A stretch of 64,000 nucleotides of DNA, taken from contig CAWCIZ010000003.1 of NCBI GenBank assembly GCA_963795855.1, positions 1-64,000 of the forward strand. The letters run 5' to 3'. The notes under the pieces were generated by a model. That model ran no database searches. It was not told the origin of the DNA and saw nothing but the letters and a program-made list of their open reading frames with translations. The translations under genes and the position numbers were made by a program. Of this stretch, positions 8,394 through 20,341 are shown piece by piece. Each line of letters starts with the position of its first letter. The stretch's first letter is position 1. Source of the stretch: Vulcanimicrobiota bacterium (GTDB lineage Bacteria > Vulcanimicrobiota > Vulcanimicrobiia > Vulcanimicrobiales > Vulcanimicrobiaceae).

Positions 8394-11300
8394 TCAGCGC
8401 ACTTGGCCGGCTCCCGCGATCGTCCCCGCGCCGGCCGCTTTCAACGCGCTCGCCAGCGGGCTGAGCGTGTCGCGCACGTACGCGTTGTACTTCGCCATCG
8501 CCGCCTCGTACGCGCGATCGAAACGCTGTGCGTAATCCAGCAGCGCGGGCGTCGGCGGGGAAGCGGCGCCAAAGCCGCCGCGCGGAAGATCCTCGCGCAG
8601 TTCACCCGGCCATTGAATCGAGTCCTCGCCGTTCTGATAGTTCGCGGTGAACGTGTGGAACAGGTCGTCGCGCGCGGCCATCGCAGCTTTGACGCGAGCG
8701 AGCAGTGCCGTATTGCCGTTCTTTTCCAGCGACTGCTGCGCCATCGCCAAAGACTTGCCTTGATTGGTGAGGTTGTCGACTACCGCGTTGATCTTGCCGC
8801 CGACGTTCGAGTATTTCTTGGCAAAGTCGTACGCGGACACCAGCTGCGCATGCGTATACGTGTTTTGCGGATCGGGTTTGACCTGGAACCACTGCGTGTA
8901 CGTGCGCCCGTTCAGCGCAACGCGCGCGCCGTACTTGCCGGGAACCACTTCAGGTCCCACGGCAGACCCTTGAAATTCCTTGGCGCACGTCGTGCACAGC
9001 GGCGGTCCGTCTTCGCGGAAGTTCCAAACGACGCGGTTGACGCCGGGTTCGTTCGTTACGCCGGCGCCCGCTCCGGGGCCGCGATACTCGTTGTACGATT
9101 CCGCCGCAGCCGGCTTCTTCTGCGCTTTGATGTGGCGGATGACGTGTCCGCTCGCATCGAGGATCTCCATCGACAGTGCGTTGGCCTGCGCCGCGGCTTG
9201 ATAGAAATCGATCACCGCACCGTTCGGCGGATTCTCACCGGTGAAGCTGGTGTACGTGCCTTCGTCATTTGCGTGATAGGTGTACTCGTACGCGGCGCGG
9301 GGCGCAAAGAGCATCGCGCCGTGCTGCTGCGCTTGCGGAAGTTGCTGCAACGACGCCAAGTCGTCGAGAATCCACAGGTCGCGGCCGTGCGTCGCGATCA
9401 CGAGATCGTTGAATTCCGGCTGCTCACGAATGTCGCGAACCGAGACGGTCGGCAGATTCAGTTTGAAGTTCGACCACTGTTTGCCGCCGTCGTACGAAAT
9501 CCACATGCCGTTTTCCGTGCCGGCGAAGACGAGATTGCGATTGCGATCGTCTTGACGAACCGTGCGCACGTATTGATCCGCCGCCAAGCCGGCGACGAGT
9601 TTCGTCCACGAATTTCCGTAGTCGTGCGTCACGAAGAGGTACGGCGCGTAGTCGCCGCTGCGATGCCTGTCGATCGCCGCGTACGCGGTCGCCGCGTCGA
9701 ACGGCGAAGGCGCAACCGTTTCGACCCGGCCATACGGCGCAACGCCGGCGACGGTGTGTTTGCTCCAGTGCTTGCCGCCGTCGGTCGTCACGGAAATGAC
9801 GCCGTCATCCGCTCCGGTCCAAATCTCGCCTTTGCGCGCCGGCGAACCCTCGATGTCCAAAAGGGTGTCGGAATTTTCCGCGCTCGACACGTCGAGCGCG
9901 ATCGGTCCGCCCGACGGCTGCTGGTGCGACTTCACGTTCAAGGTCAGGTCTGGACTGATGACCGTCCAGTGCACGCCGCGATCCGGCGACTGGAACACGA
10001 CGTTTCCCCCTGCCCACAAGATGTGGCCGTCCCACGGAGCGAACGCGACGGGCGAATCCCAATTAAAGCGATACTTGCTCTTGTAGAGATCGAAGCCGTT
10101 CCTCGAAAAATCGAAATACGGCACGACGAAGCGGCTCGTTTGCGTTTGCTTGTCGTAATCCGCGAGGCGCTCGGTCTGCAGCGTCGCCAACACGTGATTC
10201 GGATTCGACGGATCGGGAACTGCCCACATACCGTCGCCGCCGATGACGTTCTGCCAGTACGAGTTGAGGATGCCTTCCGGATTCTTCGAGTTGCTCGGAC
10301 CGCAGAAGCCGTTGTTGTCCTGCAGCGGCGCGCAGACCCAGTACGGGTTTTCGTGAACCGAAACGCCGACGTGGTAGACTTCGCCGATTGGAATGTTGCG
10401 CGAGAACGACCAGTTCTTTCCGCCGTCCAGCGTCAGGGAGTATCCGCCGTCTTCGCCGACGATGATGCGGTTCGGATCGTTGCGCGCGATCCACATCGCA
10501 TGATAGTCGACGTGCACCGGATCGGCGATCGCCTTCCACTTGACGCCGCCGTCCGTGCTCAGCGCGAGATCGTTCGAGATGCCGTAAACTCTGTTTTCGT
10601 CTTTCGGATCGACGTTGATGTGCGTGAAATAGAACGGACGCTGGTCCGCGATCGTATCGGCCGACACCATCTTCCAGTTTTGGCCGCCGTCGTCGCTGCG
10701 CCAGACGATGCCGCCTTTCGCCTCGATGAGCGCGTAAATCCGCTTCGAGTCGCTCGGTGCGATCGCCACGGCGCTTCTGCCCATGATGCCGGTCGGCAAT
10801 CCGTGCCCGATCAATCGCGTCCAGGTCTTTCCGCCGTCCGCCGAACGCCAAATGCCGTCGTCCGGGCCACCGGAATGGAACGTCCACGGCATGCGCCGGA
10901 ATTGCCACATGCTCGCGTAGATGACGTTCGGATCGTTCGGATCCATCGCCAATTCCGCCGCGCCGGTTTGCGGCCCGACATAAAGCGCTTTACTCCACGT
11001 CTTGCCGCCGTCGTCGGTCGTATAGACTCCGCGCGCGGTGCTGTCTTTGAACGGGTCGCCGAACGCGCCCACGACGACGTGATTCGGGTTGCGCGGATCG
11101 ACGAGAATGCGCGAGATGCTCCACACGTCGTGCAGGCCGACGTTCGTCCACGTCTTGCCGCCGTCGGTCGTTTTGTAGACGCCGTCACCGTAACTCACGT
11201 CGTTGCGCGGGTTCGCCTCCCCGGTTCCGGCCCAAACCACGTTTTCGTTCGTCGGATCGATGGTGACCGCGCCGATAGCGGAGACGTCCTGCTTTTCGAA

Positions 11301-11501
11301 GACCGGCGCCCACGTCTCGCCGCCGTTGTCGGTTTTCCAAACGCCGCCTCCCGCAGCGCCGATGTAATACAGTTTCGGATCCGTATCGATGCCCGCAACA
11401 GCGGGAACGCGTCCACCGGCTACCGCCGGTCCGACGGAACGCCACTTGAGATGCGCGTATGGCGCGTCGAGCGCCGCCGCCAGCACGAGCGCAGCAAACA
11501 T
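8394..11501 (-). CDS. Secreted BNR/Asp-box (sortilin/Vps10-like) beta-propeller, putative glycosyl hydrolase, paralog 2
   Basis: Many S/T-x-D-G-G-x-T-W Asp-boxes, WRSVGPAVAGGRV, GGVWKT, DLVIATHGR; 1035 aa. Confidence 0.85.
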   Translation of the reverse strand: MFAALVLAAALDAPYAHLKWRSVGPAVAGGRVPAVAGIDTDPKLYYIGAAGGGVWKTDNGGETWAPVFEKQDVSAIGAVTIDPTNENVVWAGTGEANPRNDVSYGDGVYKTTDGGKTWTNVGLHDVWSISRILVDPRNPNHVVVGAFGDPFKDSTARGVYTTDDGGKTWSKALYVGPQTGAAELAMDPNDPNVIYASMWQFRRMPWTFHSGGPDDGIWRSADGGKTWTRLIGHGLPTGIMGRSAVAIAPSDSKRIYALIEAKGGIVWRSDDGGQNWKMVSADTIADQRPFYFTHINVDPKDENRVYGISNDLALSTDGGVKWKAIADPVHVDYHAMWIARNDPNRIIVGEDGGYSLTLDGGKNWSFSRNIPIGEVYHVGVSVHENPYWVCAPLQDNNGFCGPSNSKNPEGILNSYWQNVIGGDGMWAVPDPSNPNHVLATLQTERLADYDKQTQTSRFVVPYFDFSRNGFDLYKSKYRFNWDSPVAFAPWDGHILWAGGNVVFQSPDRGVHWTVISPDLTLNVKSHQQPSGGPIALDVSSAENSDTLLDIEGSPARKGEIWTGADDGVISVTTDGGKHWSKHTVAGVAPYGRVETVAPSPFDAATAYAAIDRHRSGDYAPYLFVTHDYGNSWTKLVAGLAADQYVRTVRQDDRNRNLVFAGTENGMWISYDGGKQWSNFKLNLPTVSVRDIREQPEFNDLVIATHGRDLWILDDLASLQQLPQAQQHGAMLFAPRAAYEYTYHANDEGTYTSFTGENPPNGAVIDFYQAAAQANALSMEILDASGHVIRHIKAQKKPAAAESYNEYRGPGAGAGVTNEPGVNRVVWNFREDGPPLCTTCAKEFQGSAVGPEVVPGKYGARVALNGRTYTQWFQVKPDPQNTYTHAQLVSAYDFAKKYSNVGGKINAVVDNLTNQGKSLAMAQQSLEKNGNTALLARVKAAMAARDDLFHTFTANYQNGEDSIQWPGELREDLPRGGFGAASPPTPALLDYAQRFDRAYEAAMAKYNAYVRDTLSPLASALKAAGAGTIAGAGQVR

Positions 11502-11502
11502 T

Positions 11503-14500
11503 TTACGGCGTGACCTCCGAGGCAGATGGTGCTTTGAGTCCCGCGCTTTTGAGCGCGGCGTCGATCGATTGCAATGAACGAACGTAGGCGTTGTACTGCT
11601 GCACGGCCGCGCGGTATGCCGTTTCGACGCGGCTTGCGTAATCGCGCACGGCGGGCGTCACGATGCCTTGGCCGAAGAAGCCGAGACCCTGATAGTCCTC
11701 CCGCAGCGCGCCGGGACGCTGAATCGAGTCTTCATCGTTGTGATAGTCGGCAGTCAAATCGGTGAAAATCGACGATCGAGCCTGCGAGCGCAGCATCGAT
11801 CTGCTTTTGCAGCGCCGCATTGTCTTTGGTCTTGGCGCTCGTCTTGGCTTTGCCGAGCTGTTCCTTGACCGAATCCAGGCCGTTCAGCATGGTATCGATG
11901 ATCGAGAACTGCCGCAGATATTTCGTCGCAAACGCATACGATTGCTCGAACTGGGCTTGCGTAACTCCGGTATCCGGATCCGCTTTGACGATAAACGGTT
12001 CATCGTACGTCTTGCCGGACAGGGACATGCGCACGAAATACCGTCCCGGAGGAACCGGCGGCCCTTCGTTCGGCCCTTGATACTCTTCTTTGGCGGCGCC
12101 GTACCATTTCACGGGCCCGTCGATTTGGAAGTCCCAGACGTAGCGATTGATCCCGATTTTGTTGCTCGCGTACGGTTCGTCCTTACCATGCACTTTGTGC
12201 GTGCCTTTTATCGTCCGTACCACGCGGTGATGCGCGTCGAGAATTTGAATCTCGGGTGCCGGTTTGATCTCTTGCGTCAGATAATAGGTAATGATGGCGC
12301 CGTAGGGCGGATTCTGGCCGCTGTAATCCGTGTACGTCCCCTCGTCGTCGGAGTGCAGGTTGTATTCGTACGACGTTCGAGGTCCGAGCACGAAGGCACG
12401 CCCGGTTCCACCGGGCAGCATGCGCAGAGCGCGGATGTCGTCCATGACGTACAGCGAACGGCCGTGAGTCGCGATCAGCAGATCGTCCCATTTCGGTTGA
12501 ATGCGAATGTCGCGAACGGAGACCGTCGGCATGTTGTTGCGGAAATCGTGCCACGTGCCCCCGCCGTCGAAGGAAATCCACAGGCCGGCTTCCGTTCCCG
12601 CGTACACGATGCGCGCGTCGTGGTCGTCCTGACGGACCGAACGCACGTATTGCGTCTGAGGCAGATTGCTCACGATTGAGGTCCAGTGCTTGCCGAAGTC
12701 GTGCGTCACGAAAACGTACGGCTTGTAGTCGCCGGAGCGGTGACGATCGATATTCACGTACGCGGTGCCGTCCGAAATCGTCGACGGCGTAACCGTTTCC
12801 ACACGTCCGTAAGGCGGAACGCCCGGCGGCGTAACGTTTTGCCAGTGCTTGCCGGAGTCGCGCGAGAGCTGCACCAAACCATCATCGGTGCCGATCCAAA
12901 TCTCGCCTTTGCGCAGGGTCGAACCTTCGATGTAGATGATCGTATCGGAGTACTCGGCTCCGGATACGTCGTGGGTGATCGGGCCGCCCGACGGCTGCTG
13001 ATGCGCCTTGATGTTGAGCGTCAGATCCGGACTTACGACTTTCCAGTGAATGCCGCGGTCGGTGGACTGGAACAGCACGTTGCCGCCGACCCACGCGATG
13101 TGGCCGTCCCACGGTGCGAACGCGATGGGCGAATCCCAGTTGAAGCGGTATTTCGCAAGCGAAAGATTGTACTCGCCAGCGAACGCGCCAAATACGGCGT
13201 CGCGAAGATACCGTCGCGCGTTTTCTTGTTGTATACGCTGACGAATCCGTTTTCCGAGTCGGCCCATAGCCAGTTCGGATCGAGCGGATCCGGCACGACC
13301 CATTCGCCGTCGCCGCCCGTCGCTTGGACCCAGTATTTGTTCAGCAATCCGGACGGGTCGAGTGAATTGTTCGGTCCGCACCAGCCGCTATTATCTTGCC
13401 AGCCGCCGCAGACCCAATACGGATTCTCGTTCGAATACGCGATGTGGTAGACTTCGCCGATCGGAATGTTGCGCCCGAAGAACCAGTTTTGCCCGCCGTC
13501 GACCGTGCGAGCGATCCCGCCGTCCTCGCCGACGATGATCCGCTTGGGGTCGTTGCCGGCAATCCAAATCGCATGATAGTCGACGTGCACCGGCTGGGCG
13601 ATGGCGTGGAATTTCTTGCCGCCGTCACTGGATTCCGCAAGCATTTCCGAAACTGCGTATACCTTGTTCGCATCTTTCGGGTCGACCGCAATGTGCGAGA
13701 AGTAGAATGGGCGTTGGTCGACGAGCGTGTCGTTTGAAACCATCGTCCACGTCGCACCTGCATCATCCGAGCGCCAAAGAATACCTTGATTGGATTCGAT
13801 CAGCGCGTACACGCGTTTGCCGTCGGTCGGCGCGATCGCCAAACCAATGCGGCCCATGGTGCCGGCCGGCAAACCGTGACCGGTCAGTTTCGTCCACGTT
13901 CTGCCGCCGTCGGTGGATTTGTAAAGGCCGTCGTCGGTTCCGCCGCTCGTGAACGTCCACGGTTCGCGTTTGAAATGCCAGATGCCGGCGTACACCACGT
14001 TCGGGTCGTGCGGATCCATCGCCACGTCTGATGCGCCGCTCTGATCGCTCACGAACAGCGTTTGGCTCCACGTTTTTCCGCCGTCCCAGGTCACGTACAT
14101 TCCGCGATCGCGGCTCGGACCGAACACGTCGCCGAGCGCGCCGACCACCACATGACTGGAGTTTTTCGGATCGATGGCAATCCGCGAAATGTGGCGCGTG
14201 CCCGCCAATCCAACATTCTTGAACGTCTTGCCGCCGTCGGTCGACTTATACACGCCGTCGCCATAGCTAACGTCGTTGCGCGGATTCGATTCGCCGGTGC
14301 CGACCCAAACGGTGTCGTTGTTCGACGGATCGATCGCAACCGCGCCGATCGCGGCGACCTTTTCTTTTTCGAAGACGGCCTGCCACGTTTCACCGCCGTC
14401 GTCCGACTTCCACACGCCGCCGCCCGCGGAGCCGATGTAATACAAGTTCGGATCGCTGTCGGAACCGGCAACTGCGGCAACGCGGCCGCCCGGAAGCGCG

Positions 14501-14727
14501 GGCCCGATTTCCCGCCAATCCATGTTCGACCATGGCGGTCCGGGTGTCGGCGTCGGGCTCGGAGTCGGCGTAGGTTTCGCCGGTTTCGCAGGAGGCGTGC
14601 TCTTGATGCTCGCCGGTTTTTGAGCGGGAGCCGGCGTCGAAGGCGTTGTTTGCATTTGCGCGCCCGCGGCAGCCGAGCTCAAAACGACCGCGAATGCGAA
14701 CGCGGCAAAAGAGACACCTCGCGACAT
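11503..14727 (-). CDS. Secreted BNR/Asp-box beta-propeller, putative glycosyl hydrolase, paralog 1; two frameshifts (near 13175 and 11785)
   Basis: ORFs 13033..14727, 11732..13381 and 11503..11820 join colinearly with paralog 2 (NPRNDVSYGDGVYK, KYRFNWDSP, DEGTYT, EDSIQ.PG.LRED). Signal peptide followed by a P/T-rich linker. Confidence 0.85.
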
Positions 14728-14805
14728 TCAACCCTCCAAGTGGATGAAGGCGCGATTAGTTCGCAGCGATCTTTTTCCTTTTATGCCGTGGAAAAGGCAC
14801 GCAGC

Positions 14806-14994
14806 TTAGTTGTGCGCGTTGTGAGCGTTGTGCGCGCGCGGGGCGCCGGGCGAGCGTTCGTAGTACGGGACGTTGATGTGATACGCCCACCATTCGGAGT
14901 AGGCGATCATCCCGCACATCAAGATAAAGAATAGGATAAGACCGACGCCCCAAGCGCGCTTGCCACGAGGGGACATGCCGGAAAAACGGCTCAT
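14806..14994 (-). CDS. Small single-pass membrane protein (62 aa) with C-terminal (AHN)3
   Basis: MSRFSGMSPRGKRAWGVGLILFFILMCGMIAYSEWWAYHINVPYYERSPGAPRAHNAHNAHN. Fills an otherwise empty gap and has a basic N-terminus followed by a TM helix. Confidence 0.55.
   Translation of the reverse strand: MSRFSGMSPRGKRAWGVGLILFFILMCGMIAYSEWWAYHINVPYYERSPGAPRAHNAHNAHN
14809..14835. repeat. 3 x 9-bp tandem repeat GTTGTG(C/A)GC encoding AHN
   Basis: gttgtgcgc gttgtgagc gttgtgcgc, read directly. Confidence 0.9.
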
Positions 14995-15057
14995 AGGCGC
15001 CGGGTTCGGAGGTTTTCCACAAGGGCTCCTCCCCGTGAAGGCGTATGCTGCGCCTCG

Positions 15058-15714
15058 ATGCGCCACATCCTCGCCCCGTTTGCTGCGGGACTGCTGCTCG
15101 CTTTTTCTGCCTTCAGTGCAGTTCCGGCTCGCGCGGCGCAATTGCCCAATGCGAGCAATCCGGCAGCCGTTCGCGCATACGCGGGCGTTTTACGTAAGAT
15201 CAACCCGCAGATGCCGGCTTGGCAAAGCCGGTCTCTTGCGAAACACCTGCTGATCAACGCGAACCGCTGGAAGATCGACGCGAACATGCTGGTGGCGCTC
15301 GTCACAGTGGAATCCGCGTGGCGTACGCACGCGCGCTCGTGGGCCGGCGCCATTGGTCTGGGCCAACTGATGCCCGGCACCGCGGCGAATCTGCACGTCG
15401 ACCCGCGCGATCCCTATCAAAATCTGCAGGGTGCGGCGCGCTATCTCTACGGCCTTCTGACGAAATTCCACGACAAGCGCAACGGCTACGCACTCGCGTT
15501 CGCGGCGTACAACGCCGGGCCGAAAGCGGTCGAAGAATTCGGCGGCATTCCGCCGTACGTCGAAACCGAGAACTACGTCGTCAAGGTCACGAGCACGTGG
15601 CTGAAGATCCGTGGGATGGTGCACATTCCGCGTGCGCACGCTCGCGGCGCGTTTGCCGTAGCGGCCGATTCGCCCGACCTCAGCTATTGGCAAGGTTCCG
15701 CAACACAGCGTTAA
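15058..15714 (+). CDS. Lytic transglycosylase (SLT domain), secreted
   Basis: [40 protein letters not shown]; signal peptide ending ARA. Confidence 0.9.
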   Translation: MRHILAPFAAGLLLAFSAFSAVPARAAQLPNASNPAAVRAYAGVLRKINPQMPAWQSRSLAKHLLINANRWKIDANMLVALVTVESAWRTHARSWAGAIGLGQLMPGTAANLHVDPRDPYQNLQGAARYLYGLLTKFHDKRNGYALAFAAYNAGPKAVEEFGGIPPYVETENYVVKVTSTWLKIRGMVHIPRAHARGAFAVAADSPDLSYWQGSATQR

Positions 15715-16165
15715 CCGCGTCCACCGCCGTGTGCGAGGCATCGACGAAGATGCTTTGCGCGCCCGCGTTCTCCGCCGCTTGCACGTCGGTGGGATTGTCG
15801 CCGATGACGACGCAGCACTTCGGGTCGAGTCCCATCGCGCGCGCGGCGTCCAGAATCAGCTGCGGCTTCGGTTTACGGCATTCGCACTCGTCGCCCGGCG
15901 TATGCGGGCAATAGAACCACGCCGCGAACGGCCCCAACAATTCCTCGACCCGCTTGTTCACGGCTTCGACTTGCTCGGTTGAAACGAGACCGCGCCCGAT
16001 TCCGCTTTGATTAGAGACAACCGCGATCGGCACGTTCGCCGCGCGCAGCCGGTCGAGCGCCTCGCGCATACCGGCAATCGGTTCCACGACAGCCGGATCG
16101 CCGTTGTACGGAACGTTGACGATAATCGTGCCGTCGCGATCGAAAATGACGCCGCAGATCTTCAC
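15680..16165 (-). CDS. HAD-IIIA hydrolase, GmhB/HisB-N-like phosphatase
   Basis: FDRDGTI, VSNQSGIGRG, CPH...CECRKPKP, IGD...D. Confidence 0.85.
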   Translation of the reverse strand: MKICGVIFDRDGTIIVNVPYNGDPAVVEPIAGMREALDRLRAANVPIAVVSNQSGIGRGLVSTEQVEAVNKRVEELLGPFAAWFYCPHTPGDECECRKPKPQLILDAARAMGLDPKCCVVIGDNPTDVQAAENAGAQSIFVDASHTAVDAVNAVLRNLANS

Positions 16166-16182
16166 GACCGCGGCTTTCGGCG

Positions 16183-16500
16183 TTACGCGGCGTGCGTCCC
16201 CGAGCTGGCCGCATGGCGAAGCAACACCTCTCGCAGCGCGTGCACGCGTGCGACGTAGGCACCGTCGCGACAATCGGTTTGCGCTACGGCGTCGAGAAGC
16301 CGGCGCGCGACGCTGTGTTCGTCGGCGCTAAGCGCCGGAGCCAGCGCTTCTTCCATGTCGATGTGTCTGCGCGCGAGCGCATCGATCTCGCCGGCGATCG
16401 CTTTACGGGCCGTGCACGCGCGCTGTGGAAGCGAATCGAACTCGACGAACAACTGCGCAATACGCGTATGCTCGCGGCGCAAAACCGTCAGCGCATCCAT
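16183..16500 (-). CDS. Hemerythrin/HHE-like protein (short)
   Basis: MDALTVLRREH..IAQLF, RHIDMEE, DEH, LLRH. Confidence 0.6.
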   Translation of the reverse strand: MDALTVLRREHTRIAQLFVEFDSLPQRACTARKAIAGEIDALARRHIDMEEALAPALSADEHSVARRLLDAVAQTDCRDGAYVARVHALREVLLRHAASSGTHAA

Positions 16501-16556
16501 GAAAATCTCCCGCAAGCGGACGTGTGTGTCGCCGCTTTTCCCCGCAAATTTGTGGA

Positions 16557-17852
16557 TTAAACGGTGAATAGCGCGAATGCGGCAACGCCCATCAAAACAA
16601 ACGTCAACCACGACCACGCGTTCGCAAGGACCGAATTGCGCCATTTGCCCATGATTTTCGCGTTGTTCGCGATGCGAATTACCAAAAAAATCAGCGGCAC
16701 GGAAACGACGCCGTTGAGCACCGCCGACCAATACAGCGCGCGGATCGGATCCAACCGGGTGAACGGCAGCGCGATGCCGACGATCAAACCGGCGGCGAGC
16801 ACACCGTAAAACCGCGGCGCGCGATTCGGCGTTTCGTCCAATCCCTGCCTCCGGAACGAAAGGATTTCAGCCGCTATATAGGCCGATGAGCCGGCAAGCG
16901 CCGGGATTGCAAGCAGTCCCGTTCCGACCATCCCGAGCATGAACAGCAGCGCTGCCAAATGCCCCGCGAGCGGTTCCAGCGCGAGCGCCGCGTCTTGTGC
17001 CGTTTGCACGTTCGTTTTTCCGTGCGCGAACAGCGTAAGCGCAGTCGTCGTAATGATGAAAAACATCACGAGGTTCGAGAGCAGCATGCCGGCGTTCACG
17101 TCGAAGTGCGCGTGACGAATTTCCTCGTCGGTCGCTCCGCGCCGCTGTTGAACGGTGGAGCGTCCTTGCGCCTTTTCTTCTTCGACTTCGAGCGCCGATT
17201 GCCAAAAGAACAGGTACGGCGTGATGGTCGTGCCCAGCACGCCCATAGCAGTCGTTATCCATGCTTTGGTGAGCTGCACGTGCGGCACGACGAGGTATTG
17301 CAGCACGTGACCCCAGCGCGGATGCACGATGAACGCCGTGACGATGTACGCGAGCAGCGTGAGCGTCAGGTATTTCAAGAACGACGCGATCCGCCGGTAA
17401 GACAGGTAGACGAGCCCGACGATCAGCACCGTGCCGAACAGCACGTCCCACGCCTGTTGCGGCAGCATCGGCGCGACCAGATGCGCGGAAGCCGCCATTC
17501 CGGCAAAGTCGGCGCCCACGTTGAACGTGTTGGCAAGGATGACGACAGCCGCGATCGTATACGCGGCCCAAGCGGGGATCGACTTGCGAATATTTGCAGC
17601 AAGGCCGACTCCCGTCACCATGCCGATGCGCGCGCACATACCTTGAATGACCGCCATCATCGGCGTCGTCAGCAGCGCGAGCCACAGCATGGAAAAGCCG
17701 GCAGAAGCGCCGGCTACGGAATACGTCGAGATCCCTGACGGATCGTCGTCGGCCGCCCCCGTGATGAGGCCAGGACCAAGCGTCACCAAGCGCTGCCAAA
17801 GGCTCGGGGTCGGCGCGCCGACGTCGGCGCCTTCTAGGGCTTTCGACCGCAT
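16557..17852 (-). CDS. NRAMP-family divalent metal transporter
   Basis: GPGLITGAADDDPSGISTYS, LGTTITPYLFFWQ; about 11 TM segments. Confidence 0.9.
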   Translation of the reverse strand: MRSKALEGADVGAPTPSLWQRLVTLGPGLITGAADDDPSGISTYSVAGASAGFSMLWLALLTTPMMAVIQGMCARIGMVTGVGLAANIRKSIPAWAAYTIAAVVILANTFNVGADFAGMAASAHLVAPMLPQQAWDVLFGTVLIVGLVYLSYRRIASFLKYLTLTLLAYIVTAFIVHPRWGHVLQYLVVPHVQLTKAWITTAMGVLGTTITPYLFFWQSALEVEEEKAQGRSTVQQRRGATDEEIRHAHFDVNAGMLLSNLVMFFIITTTALTLFAHGKTNVQTAQDAALALEPLAGHLAALLFMLGMVGTGLLAIPALAGSSAYIAAEILSFRRQGLDETPNRAPRFYGVLAAGLIVGIALPFTRLDPIRALYWSAVLNGVVSVPLIFLVIRIANNAKIMGKWRNSVLANAWSWLTFVLMGVAAFALFTV

Positions 17853-17906
17853 GCATGCACGTCGTACCCCGATTCGGAAGCTCTTGCAACATGCAGCGCG
17901 GGGGCG

Positions 17907-19710
<1,804 letters not shown>

Positions 19711-19801
19711 TACTCTACCCGCTTTTTTTCGCGATTCCCCCAACAGAAGAACGGGCCTGCAGCCTCTCTTGTACGAAAACTCTGCAGCCAAGGGAGGGTG
19801 C

Positions 19802-20341
19802 ATGCGGCTCACGGTACCGCCGGACCTCGTCGATGCCGCGCGCGGCGGCGAACGAGGCGCCATCGAAAAATTGCTGGAAGCGCTTTGGCCGCACGCATAC
19901 CGAATCGCGCGCTCGATCGTTCAAGACGATGCGCTCGCGGAAGACGCGGCGCAGGAAGCGTGCGCGATTTTGTATCGCCGGATCGCCGGATTGTGCTCCA
20001 ACGAGGCTTTCCGGGCATGGGCGTATCGTATCGTCGTACGAGAAGCGGTACGCGCGGCTAAACGCGCGGCGGCTAGCGCGGTTCCTAGAATGCCGGCACG
20101 TACGGCGGAAACGGACGTCGAGACGCGCATAGACGTGCTCCACGCGCTCAACGCATTGGCGCCGGACCTGCGCGCCGTCGTAGTGCTGCATTATTACGCC
20201 GAATTGAGCAGCGGTGAAATCGGAGCCTTCCTCGGCATACCCAGTCCGACCATACGCTTCCGCTTGGCGCGCGCCCGGCAGCAGCTCAAGCAGATTTTAA
20301 GTCCTGAACAGATTTTTCTTACGGCGGAGGCGTCACAATGA
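19802..20341 (+). CDS. ECF (sigma-70 group 4) sigma factor
   Basis: LAEDAAQEA, FRAWAYRI (region 2); LHYYAELSSGEIGAFLGIPSPTIRFRLARAR (region 4). GGAGG upstream. Confidence 0.9.
   Translation: MRLTVPPDLVDAARGGERGAIEKLLEALWPHAYRIARSIVQDDALAEDAAQEACAILYRRIAGLCSNEAFRAWAYRIVVREAVRAAKRAAASAVPRMPARTAETDVETRIDVLHALNALAPDLRAVVVLHYYAELSSGEIGAFLGIPSPTIRFRLARARQQLKQILSPEQIFLTAEASQ

Noticed and set aside
8241..11513. 1090-aa plus-strand ORF, and other long shadow ORFs such as 24733..26121, 42030..43454 and 21379..21939
   Set aside because: Antisense or off-frame to well-supported genes, Arg/Ala-rich and without motifs. Expected from GC-rich codon bias.
8394..14727. Recurring CCGCCGTCG(G/T)TCG-like DNA motifs as a CRISPR or repeat array
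   Set aside because: They are codons of Asp-box (TDGG) protein repeats, irregularly spaced inside CDSs. No cas genes are present.
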